Source: Monocercomonoides exilis PA203
Taxonomy: Eukaryota; Protista; Preaxostyla
Length of the DNA stretch: 64,000 nucleotides
Direction: 5' to 3'
Assembly (NCBI GenBank): GCA_001643675.2
Contig: LSRY02000015.1
Coordinates: 248,001 to 312,000 of the forward strand
Both the position numbers and the translations under genes were made by a program. Under the pieces are notes generated by a model. The model was not told the origin of the DNA and searched no databases. It worked only from the letters and a program-made list of their open reading frames with translations. Below are positions 1-10,627 of the stretch, in pieces; positions within the stretch are counted from its first letter, which is position 1; each line of letters opens with the position of its first letter.

Positions 1-46
1 TGAGAACAGTACTGAGAAAGGGTCCATCAATGGCAAGCACAGGTGC

Positions 47-1423
47 ATGTCTTCCTCCAGGCCGGTTAAGAGTCATATTCATCAATCCACCAGAGTTAAA
101 GGCGAGAGCTGGTGGAGAAGGGCTTTGGAAGAAAGATCTTTCCAAGTTTCATTGGCAGAGGAGTGCATATCGGGAATTGCTCAGTCGACGTGGGATGGAT
201 ATTTATTCGGCTTCGCACACTTTGGAGAACAGTGGGAAAAGAGTGATATGGGCATAATTCCAGAGGATATTCACGAGTGGGCAGCTCGATGTTCCAGTAT
301 GTTTATTACACTGAGAGACAATGGAATGAAGCTGTCATGTTTGCAGCTCATCCGCTCAGCAGTTTCATTTTTCACAAGCTTGGTTTACAACACAAATTTA
401 GTGGATATTCCGATAATAAAAATATTGTTTAGAGGGTTTAGAAGAACAGAGAGGACAAGAAAAAAGAAGGTCCAAGAAATTTGGAATCCGAAGACCATTC
501 TGACATTCTTTTCTAATCTTGGAGAAAATCAAAGCTTGAGTTTCAAACATCTGACAATGAAAGCCATTGTGCTCACCATGTTATTCACTGCGTGCAGGTT
601 TACAGAGTTGGAAAGAGTAGATATGGAACGATCCAGATTCGAGCAGGAAGGAATATATCTAGACACAAGGCTAAAAACATCACTTAATCGAACAGAGATT
701 GCTGTTCCTTTTTTAAATGAAAGCCCTTCAATTTGCCCAGCTTCGGCCATTCAAGTTTTGTGGAAAGAGATAAAGAAAAGAAAACCAGATGGAAATTAAT
801 TGTTTTTGAATACCGAAACTTTTCACCCTCTTACAGTGAAAGGTATTAGACGATTGGCAAATAAGAGGTTGAAGGAAGCAGGAATTCCAGGCCATTTCAC
901 TCCTTATTCAATAAAGGCTGCAACGCTTTCAACGCTAACGATGTCTGGAATTCCACCAACTCAGATTGCGAAGTTTGTTCGTCTTTCCCCCAGAACAGAC
1001 ACTTTGGTGAAGCATTATGTGAAGGCCAATCTTGCTTCAACCTTGGGGAAAGTGATTGTCTCAACTATGAATGTTCCCAGTGAAGAGTTAGCAAACAATC
1101 CGTGTGCAGAAAATGGTGTCAAGAAGTGCGTCAGACCAGACAGAGACCAGAAGAACAAAAAGGAGAGACGAGAAATGGAATCTGGGATGGTACTGAGGGA
1201 TAAGAAACGCCTGATGAAGCCAGGTTTGAGTGAGGAAGAAGCTAAAGATACTGTTGAATTCCCTTCCAGAGTAGACGAGCCTGATGAGGAGATGGAGGAA
1301 CAGAAGTCACTTGGAGAACAATTCATTATTCGAACAAGATCACAAGCAAAAAAGGAGGAAGAGAGCAACAACGCAAAGAAGACGCACACTGTGGTAGTAA
1401 TGATGGCTTCATCATCCAACTAA
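47..1423 (+). pseudogene. DIRS tyrosine recombinase with one in-frame TAA (797-799)
   Basis: ORFs 47-799 and 800-1423 are in frame. Motifs: FTACRFTEL (box I Arg), CPASA, TPYSIKAA (box II), LVKHYVK (catalytic Tyr position). Confidence 0.8.
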
Positions 1424-1428
1424 TTGAT

Positions 1429-1730
1429 TCTCTCAAAAAGAGAAGGAATTGATGAAACACTTTCTTGATAATTAAGGTGCTTATGCACTTTAATTAAAAA
1501 AGAAAGTGGAGAATCAATTCCTTCTCTTTGCCCACCACCGTTTTCACTCCCACCCTTTGAAGTTCTGTTTTCAAAACTGTTGATGTTTTTGTTGTTCCTT
1601 CTCTTTGCGCCTTTTGGTTTTAGAAGCGCAAAGTGGTTTTTATCCAATTCACCAAAACACACAAATGGGCGACTGACCCATAGATTGTGGCGTCTCTCAA
1701 AAAGAGAAGGAATTGATGAAACACTTTCTT
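1429..1730 (+). repeat. 38-bp perfect direct repeat (1429-1466 and 1693-1730)
   Basis: tctctcaaaaagagaaggaattgatgaaacactttctt occurs twice. Confidence 0.9.
1437..1529. repeat. ~93-nt imperfect hairpin right after the YR stop codon
   Basis: aaagagaaggaattgat pairs with atcaattccttctcttt (1513-1529); cactttct pairs with agaaagtg; aattaaggtgc pairs with gcactttaatt around a ttat loop. Confidence 0.85.
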
Positions 1731-2639
1731 TTTTAAAGAAGACTCTCCTTCATCTTCTTTAATTCGTGCTGGATCTGTCCGGCTATCAAGCTCCGACTGA
1801 ACGCTTGATTGGGAAGCGGAATAACTCCCTGATATTGAAGGAATTGCACTCGGAGGGCCACCAGAAAGCGGAGCTGACAAGGTTCGGTCGCGAGTCCGAT
1901 TCCCATGAAAATAGTCGACATTCTTCTTTGTGATCAGCGATCGTGACTAACCCATAACGTGGCGCTCTCATAAATATAAGAGAAGGAAGTGATATAAATG
2001 TTTTCTTTGTAATCAAAACGCTTGTGTTTTGATTTCAAACATATATCAGAGCGAGAATTAAAAAGTTAGAAAAAAAATCTTTCGGCACTTTCGATATTGT
2101 TTGAAAAGGATAGTATTTTCTATCAATTGAATAAATTGAGAATGCGTATTAATTATTTGGATGTATTTTGTGACAAGCATTGATATTTTCGTTTATGATT
2201 AAATTTTTATTTTAAAAAAGATTTTAATAATATCACAAAATTTTAGTCATTATTCCTGTTTATACAAAAAGATTTGTGAAACGTCTCTTAACTATGAAAA
2301 TACAATTGAGAGAAATATCAGTGGCAATTATTTAACAATTAATCTGAAAAATTTAAACTTGTCATTCATAGATAAATTATAGGCATCATTTTCAGTATGG
2401 TCTTTTTCGCCTTAACAATTCTGTGTATTGAAAGAAATGAATATTGTCGGATTATATTCTGTTTAAAAAGAAAATTCCTTTTTTTTCATTCCAATATTTG
2501 GCACAAATCAAATGGCTTTGTTTAATATTCATTTTTTTCTTTTTTTAAAAACAACAAAGCAATGAAAAGATAAATACTACGAATCATTCAGATATTTTGT
2601 TTCATTCAACAAAAGTTATTTTCAAATGAATTGTCTTCT

Positions 2640-5600
2640 CATGGTCAAAAAAAGAGAATTGCTCATTCCTTCAGCAACTGTCATCTGCATCCCTTTCCTT
2701 CCCTTTGTCGTGGAGAAGGTGTATTTCCAGCTGCATCCTCTGCTTTCATCGAGTCTGTGCAAATTCATTGAATTCGCGAAGAGCGAAGAAAACGTGGAAT
2801 GAAAAGTGGATTTGTGTATTGAGTGTGAGAGAAGCGAAGAAGAATCTTTCTTTTCGAGTTCAACTGACCATCATTCAATTGATAACAAAAGCCAGATGTT
2901 TGCGTTGAAGAAATTGCAATTTTTATGAACTCATCAAAATATGCAATGTTGGAAAGGCTTTCACATTGAAAAACATTCCCCTAAATACATCACAAGGCAG
3001 ACTCTCATTCAATAATAAAAAATCCTTTGAAATGCAAGTGAATGTTGTAAATCACTCATTTTCTTCATCCAAACAACATCAGCCTTTCTGTCAATCGCAA
3101 CTGCTGATTGATTTTCCTGCTTTCTGAAATGCTGCATCTGCAATGTCTCCAGGTTATTTTGGGTTTTCCCTCCATTGTTCTCTCCTCTCTGCAATTACAC
3201 AGCACATCACAGCTTCTTCAACAAAAAAGTTGTGTTTTCTCAAATATCTTCTCTTCCTGTTCTTCAAATTTAATTTCGCTCCTCTTTCATTCATTTCCTT
3301 GATGCTGCCCTTCCACATCAGCAAAAATACTTGTTTGGGCTGAGTCACAAAGAACAGTCATTGATAGCTGCGAATGAACAAACTGGGATAAATATCTATC
3401 TGATAAAATGCGAATGTGCAGAAAGAGGTGCAAACAATTGGAATTGGCAACTTTTTGCTGAAATATTGTTCGCAGAGACAAAGCCTGTCATGTGAGTTTC
3501 TTCAGTCACTCGGAACTCTGCAATGGCTGCTGCCAACTTGCCAGACAATGAAATTGCAATGTATTTCTTCAACTTTGACTGGGAAATTCAACACTGAAAG
3601 TTCAATGAAGAATGCTCACTCCAGCTGAAACACATTTCGCTTGAAAAGTGGATGGTGCTGCCAACTGCTCTGGAAACAAGCCCGATTAAGTTTCAAAGTC
3701 ATTTTCTGAGTTTATCAAAAATTCTGTCAATGATGAGCTGAATCGTCAAAATTGAAACTTCATTGATGATGCCTTGCTAACCCCAGCCAAGTTGTCCCAC
3801 CAAAAAATCATCACATGTCTTCCTCCACAGGCCTGCTTGCAATCTCCCTGAATGAAGTCATTTCTCCAAAAAAAAATTCAATGTTCATCAAATCGTCAAT
3901 GTATCAACTCCAAAAAATATCATGAAAAATATATGCACGCTTCAATCATTCCATTTATGCTCCTTTCATGTGAAACATTCAAATGCACAAATCTCGAAAA
4001 CACTCAAGATGAAAAGAACTCCCATGCAGTCATCACTCAATGCTCTCAAATTTATTCAGATGGGAAATAATCGCAAATGACAGTAACTTTGCAGCAGAAT
4101 TTTGGGGAAAATCATTCAATTTCCATTCTTCAAACAAAATGGGAAAAACAACAAATGCCTGAAAAACAGTCAGAGAGAAATGACTTCAAGCAGGCAATCT
4201 GCAAAACAATGGCAGATAAAGTGCAGAAGGTTTCTCAATATTTATTTTTTAACAAGAAATAAAACTTCTTCTCCACATTGCCCAATTGGTTGTTTTCGTT
4301 CAATCGCTCAATCCAGTATGGCTGATGATCAGGCTTTTATCAAAGAGTGAAAAAATAAGAAAACAAAATGAAACAAAAACCCATTCAAATGCTCTTGGTA
4401 AAATGTGAAAGGTGACCAAATAGTTATTTCTTGGTTTTGTGAGCAAGGATGCGTTGAAACCACAATGGAATTTGTGCATTTATTCTCATTTTCTAAAGCA
4501 AGATTTTTTTGTAGATAACAATAAATCATGTTTGAAAAATTCTTGGTTGAGAACAGAGAAGGGATTTCGACAAGGCCAGACACATGGCGTGGGAAGAATT
4601 GAATATTCAGAAACAAATAGGAATCAAACTCAGAGGTTTCCTTTGAATTAAGAACCGTAAATGCATTTTTTCCACTTTTTCTTTTTGATGCTTTCATTTC
4701 ACTCCACCCAAAAATGAGTAAGGGATTTGACGGGAATTTTCCATTAAACATCCTCAAGAAATGAGCATTTGTTCCTTTCTGGATTTAAAAATCATTCGGT
4801 TATCAAGAAAAGGCATTGTATTTGTTAATGCTTTCATATCTTTTAAATTGTATTTCAAGATTGTTCAGAAACTTGAATTTTTGCATGGCTGTTCATTTTA
4901 ACCAGCGATGCACAGCCATTTAGATGAACAGAAGATGAAATGAAGTGTTCAACAGCCAGCTCGCTTTGACCATTCCAAGCAAAATGATTGCCAAGAGCGG
5001 AGCAGATGTCTGTTTTTTCATCAAAACACAACAGGCCCCATGCCATGCAATCAAGTCCATTGTGAATAACTTCCATGTCTTTGGCTTGCTTTGAGCTCCA
5101 GCTGAAAATGTACCTCACTCACCTCATGAAGCAAGGTCAACAAAAAAATACAAACATCATTTTTGAATGCTTTGAAAGCCAGTTTTCGATTTAATGCCAG
5201 TCGATGGGCTTCGTATGTGCTGTTTCTATTCTCATTGTGAATCGACCTGACTTTTGTGAAGGCAAACTGCCTGTTTGAAAATCAAATGGTATCATCGAGA
5301 TCTGAGGTTTTCCAGAAAAGAATATTCCTGTATTCACATTAGTCACTGAAGTGGAAGAAGAAAATGTAGAAGAAGAAGAAGAAGCATGAAGAACGGAAAG
5401 ATTGAGTGAAGGGTTCAGAGTGGAAGAGGAAAGAGATGGATGCATCATTTTGCACACAGCTTAAAACGAATTGCAACTCTCCTCAACAAAACAAGAAAAG
5501 ATGGCACAATTTCATATTTGTCAATAAGAATCCCGACTAGCGAAGACCAGAAAAATGAAGGTGTGCTTTGGCTGTGTATTTCTTATTTGTTGTTATTTGT

Positions 5601-6430
5601 AAAGAAAACAGAAAATAAATGAAATTTACTGGAGAAAAAGAAATATTTTTTTAATTCATTAATGATTTTTGATTTTGATTTCAACACATTCAATTTTATC
5701 ATTTTTTGTTTTTTGTTATCTTTTGTTTTTTGAAGTGCTTTTGGCATATCAGTTGAGAAGGCCTGCATTCCACATCCTCTTTATGGACACAGAAGACTTT
5801 GCAAAAGAGTCGGTTTGCTGGAGAAAGGAGCTGAGCGTGTCTGAAAAGAAATGTTGTTCGTTCATTTTGACAAATAAATGAGAAAAAGAAGAAGATGATA
5901 ATGATTGTGAGAGAAGAGAAAAAGGAAATATGGTTATTTTTGGATGGCTGGGCTGAAGATGGCAGGAAAGCAATATGCAAAGTCCACAATGTGGAAACAC
6001 AAGGAGCAGATTGGGAATGAGATGCCAGAAAGAGGAAACAAAGAGGAAATATGGAGGAGCAGATGAAATGCTACTGGATCTGATGCTGCTGCCAATGAAA
6101 TTTCAAAAAGGTCTCTTCTGAAAAATGCAGAATGCGTGATTAATGATTGACAAGGAGAGAAAACAAGAGGCAATTTAGCAAAGATGCCTCGGTTGAGTGA
6201 GGAAAAGCAGAAACAAAAAAGAGAAAAAAAAATGTGGGGAGAAGATTGGAACCGAAGGGAAAGAAGAGAGAGAAGAAGAGGAAATTGAGGAATGGAAGAG
6301 ATGAAAAAAGGGATTGTTTGATGGGCCTTCATTCCGCCAAAAAAACAGGAATGTTTCACAAGGATTTCTATCTTTTGTTTTCAGGGAAGAGCAGAGCAGG
6401 GGGTGAAGAAGTGCTCATCATTTGAATGAA
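2640..6430 (+). pseudogene. Decayed coding-like region of unknown family (copy A)
   Basis: Higher GC than the flanks, many broken ORFs, colinear with 47530-51340. No recognisable motif; strand is tentative. Confidence 0.4.
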
Positions 6431-6706
6431 TTAAGAGATGAATCATTTTGTATTTCATTATTTTTTATTCATTGTCCAGATTTGTGGGACTTTTTTGAAA
6501 ACTTTTTTCCCCTTCAATTTATCCTCTCCTTTGATTCAATGAGGCTTAACGATATGTTAATTCAGTGCTTCAATTAGTATTTGATACTTTTCTCATTTCA
6601 TTTTCTGATATAATATTTGTTTGATATTTATATTTATATTTGAATTTATATTAATTAAAAATTTTGATTTTTATATAATTTTTTTCTTATGTTTTCATAT
6701 TTAATT

Positions 6707-9700
6707 AGATACAATGCAGATTAAGTTGGGAAATTTGAATTAATTGAGGTTTTTTAAATAAACCTCTATTAATTTGAATTAATACCCCTCAATTCAAATA
6801 AAAGCACAAAATTTAAAAATCACCATCCTAATTCAAATGTGGCAGAATATTCACTTTTATGAAAAAATCAATAATTTGTTTCAAACTTTAACTGCGATCG
6901 TATAATTATTTTTATGACATTCTCACGTAATCTTAAATATAAAAATATTCAAAAATCGAGGAAAATCTTTGAAAGTTCCATGTGGAACAAAATTCAAATA
7001 GCAAAAAAATTCGTCCCAAATTAGAAAAGATCATTCAAATTAATAATAATTGTGGGAAAGGAAAATAAAACAAACAAAAAACACTAATGAAAACAAAGTG
7101 GAAACAAAAGAAAAATCAAACCTTTTTTGACGATTTCATAAATGAAATCTTGATTATTCCATGGAAGCGTGAAAATGAGCATAAATAAAACAAAAATTAA
7201 ATTAATTATTTGTTAATAAAGTGAAAATGTTATTTGTTTTGAATTTTAAGTTAAGAATGATTCACTTTGAAGATAATTTTTTTCGTTTTTGCATAAAAAA
7301 TAAAAAGAAAACAACAATATTCTGTAAATTCTGAAGAATATATTTGTTTCGTGAGTGTATTTTATTATACTGAATATATTATCATATTTACATAGAATAG
7401 TGATGTTAAAGCTGCAGAATAATATGTTTATTTCCTTTTCCTTTTTCCTTTTCCTTATTTCCTCATTTTTTCTCTCATTTTCTCTTTTGCCGTAATCTCA
7501 TAATTTCAAAATGATCTTTCTCTTTTACTTAAATTTTGCCTCTCTCTTTCTTATCACTTCACGCATCTTCTTTATTTTCGTTATCATTTATCTCTTCATT
7601 TTCATACCACATCCCCATAAAATCTCTAATGCCAACTTCTTTGAAAAGAAGTACATTTTCTTCTTTTCACCTTTGCATCTGTTTTCAGAAGCATCCACGT
7701 TCTCTGTAATTTTTTCCTCCTTCATTTTCTCGTTTTTCGTTTTCCTTTCGCTCACATAGCAGCTGGAGAAATTTGTGTCACTCACTGAAAAGGAGTTGGC
7801 AGGGGCAGATGAGGCGAATGAGATGCACCCACCATTGGTGGAAGTCTGTTGGTTTTGTGGAGCTGAGTGGATGTTGGTGATGGTGCAGTTGGCGAGGGAG
7901 AGGGAGAGGGCAGGGGAGGTGGCAGAGGAGAGGACACAGCTGGCTGGAGTGGCTGTGGAGGTGATGTCGGTGATGTTGGAGGAGTTGAGGGTGAGGGGAT
8001 TTGTGAGGGAGGTGAGGTGGAAGATGCTTTGGCTGTTGAGGGAGAGACTGGTGATTGCTGTGTGGTTGAGGGCGAGGGAGCCAGCAGTGAGGAAGAAGAG
8101 GGGAGTTTTTATTGTTATGGAGGTTGTTCCGGTGATGGTGGTTGTGTTGAGGTTGAGGGAAGGGGAGTTTTGGGAGAGGTGGAAGAGGATGGGGGTGATT
8201 TGGTTTGTGGAGTTGTGGACGATGGCGAGGGCAGAGACTGTGAGGGAGCCCTGGGTCTGTTGGAAGAGGGCAGACGAGGCAGATGGATCTGGTGAAGAAG
8301 AAGATGTTAATGATGATGATGAGGATGAAAATGATGACGGAGGTTGAGGAATGCAATCTGAGGCGATGGTGGTGGTAGTTGTTCCATTTCCCGTGATTCT
8401 TGTGTCAAAAGCAAGGAAGATAAGTGTCTGGATGAGTGCAAAGGTGGATTTGAGGAGAATGAGAGATGCATCTTGGAGGAGGGCGAAGCCACTGAGAGCA
8501 TACTCGATTGTGGCACATGGGCTTTCCTGCGTTCGACCACAGGCACTGACATCAGTTCCGTTGTTTCCAACGATTTTGCTGTTTGCAATGAGAGGAAGCC
8601 AGCTGTTGACAGTTTCATTGGATGCTGTGTTGTTGAGAAAGATTCTGTTTGCGGGTGTTGTTGATCCACAATTCTCAAATGGAGATTGGGTGATTGCATC
8701 ACCACTGAAGAACACATCATTTCCTCTGCCATTTTTGGCAGTGTTGCCATCGAAAAAGCAGAATGCGATGAATTTGACTTCATTCATCCAGGAATATGTG
8801 TCTCTGAAAAATATTACAGCACCTCCCCATGAAGTTGAGGTAGCATTCAGTTTATTGTTTGTAAATTGGCAATCATCAACCAAAAACTGACTTGGTTTGT
8901 TTCCTGGAGGCCAAATGAATGAAAAAGGGCCAGCAGAATCACTACCAATATTTATAATACACTTGCATTTGGTGAATAGAAACTGAGAATTTGATTACAT
9001 GTTTTCGAGCCTGAAATACCAACCAGTTCCACGCCAATCAGCTATTGAGCAATTATCCACTCTGTTTTCTGAGAATGTCCAGACAGAACTGGATAGAGGA
9101 TAAGCTATACAAGTTGCTCCTCCATGTCTCGCCTGGCAATTTGTGAAATTCGATTTTGTGATGCTGATTTGCAAAAAATTTTCACAAAACAAAGCTCCTC
9201 CTTCACCATTGCTTGATGTACATTTGTTGAATGAGCAAGAAATGATAGAGAGATTTGCATTTATACACTCAACATGAAGAGCTCCGCCATGATTCGATCC
9301 ACCATTTGAATCGTTCCATTCGCACCACTCGAATCGATGACTGTTCACATAAAACGAAATCAGTCTTCCAGGTTTCTTTTTATTAGTTTCATTTCCAATA
9401 TGTTCAACAGGAGCATTTGGTGTAGAGCTTGTTTGGCGAAGAAAGGAGGTGTCAAAGGCAGGGAAAAAAGTGTCGGAGCTGCAAAAAGAAGAGAAGATAG
9501 AACTGTTGATGATGGTTTGAGTTTGCTGAAAAAGAAATCTGTCAGCCAGGACACGATAGAATAAATAGATGGGATCGTCGAAATTTGATTTGCACTTTCG
9601 AGTAATCCTGAGGATAGAGTGTGTTATAAATGTGGGATATCCAAATGCAAAATGTTTATAGAATTTGGAACTGTAAGAAAATTGTGTAATCGGCTAAATA

Positions 9701-10406
9701 ATTATATAAATATCGAAAAAGTCAAATTTGTTAAAAATAGAAATGTTTAATACTCAAAACGAAATCTTGAAAAAGAAACGTATATACCTTTTAATATTCA
9801 GTGTTTTATATATTTTTTGTTAATGATTTTTGGTATTGTTTTACAAAAAGGTGAAAAATGAAAAACAATATTGTTTGAAAATAGCTGTTGCTTGAAACGG
9901 GAAAAGCAGTAATTACCTTATGAGCACTGAACAAAATGGCACAGAAGTTGTCGTTGGTGCTACAGTTTTAAAGAAACAGTTCACAATTGTGAAGAAATAA
10001 ACTGAAAGTTTTCAGAAGCTTTTATGATTTGTATATTGGGAAAAATGACTTTTTAATTGCAATAATCATTCAAACTCTCGTTATAAAGCTCACATTTTCA
10101 ATAACATAAGTTGGAATAGCATTTTAAACGAATTATCGAATTATTCAATTTTTTCGAAGAAGATTATTGAAAGATCAAAATTTTTCAAAAAGAGAATCAA
10201 AAGAAACTTCAGTATTTTATATCAATCTTTTATGCAAATCATTTAATGTTATCTATTTTCATGTTTTGCATATTCAATTCAAAATTGGATGAAGATTTTT
10301 AAAATAAGCAAGTCAATTTAAATAAACAGGGGTTATTTTAAATAACCCCCACAATTTTAAATTATTTTTTCAATTTGAATAATTTGATTCAATCTGCATT
10401 GTATCT
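6707..10406. mobile_element. Non-autonomous TIR element (3,700 bp) carrying a captured gene fragment (Pack-type)
   Basis: Perfect 16-bp TIRs AGATACAATGCAGATT (6707-6722) and AATCTGCATTGTATCT (10391-10406). ATT is duplicated (6704-6706, 10407-10409). The paralogous empty site tta-att-atttcatatattg lies at 51611-51629. Subterminal palindromes at 6746-6766 and 10329-10349. Confidence 0.9.
7588..9693 (-). pseudogene. Fragment of an adhesin/Pmp-like beta-helix surface protein gene (cargo of the TIR element)
   Basis: One frame is open from 9693 to 7588 except a single TAA at 8997-8995. Motifs FEWCEW..GGAL, GGAVIF, NxAxxGxGNDVF and CGRTQESPCATI are shared with the large receptors. Likely acceptor (ttag) at 9694 and donor (GTGAGC) at 7756. 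No TM or kinase part. Confidence 0.75.
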
Positions 10407-10627
10407 ATTATTTCATATATTGTCAGATGCTGATTCATAAAGCTGAATATATGAAGAAACAGTATTATTCCAAGGCTGCATCAAATATTTTGTGAATTAT
10501 TATCAAAATGAAATGTCTAATATTTATATTCTTTTCAATCAGGAATTGAAAAAATATTTTATTATGGCCATTTTGATCCTTCAAAAAATAATTTCATTCA
10601 TCATCAAAATTGTGTTATCTCATTGAA

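Larger units (their letters stand above)
1..2053 (+). mobile_element. 3' part of a DIRS-type (tyrosine recombinase) retrotransposon, running off the window start
   Basis: YR ORF 47-1423. It is overlapped by the tail of an upstream ORF (..LPPGRL.., matching the pol/MT-YR overlap in the element at 61-64 kb). A structured 3' non-coding region follows. Homology to the second duplicated segment begins at about 2054, which marks the approximate end. Confidence 0.75.

Noticed and set aside
47-1423. Prophage or bacterial integrase
   Set aside because: The context is eukaryotic, and the homologous YR at 61-62 kb is linked to RT, RNase H and MT domains, which defines a DIRS element.
1780-1930. GC-richer stretch in the DIRS 3' region as a tRNA or ribozyme
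   Set aside because: I could not build a cloverleaf or a hammerhead core; it is more likely terminal-repeat sequence.
7775-8890. Several overlapping plus-strand ORFs over the cargo gene
   Set aside because: Antisense or alternative frames of a C-rich, low-complexity exon.
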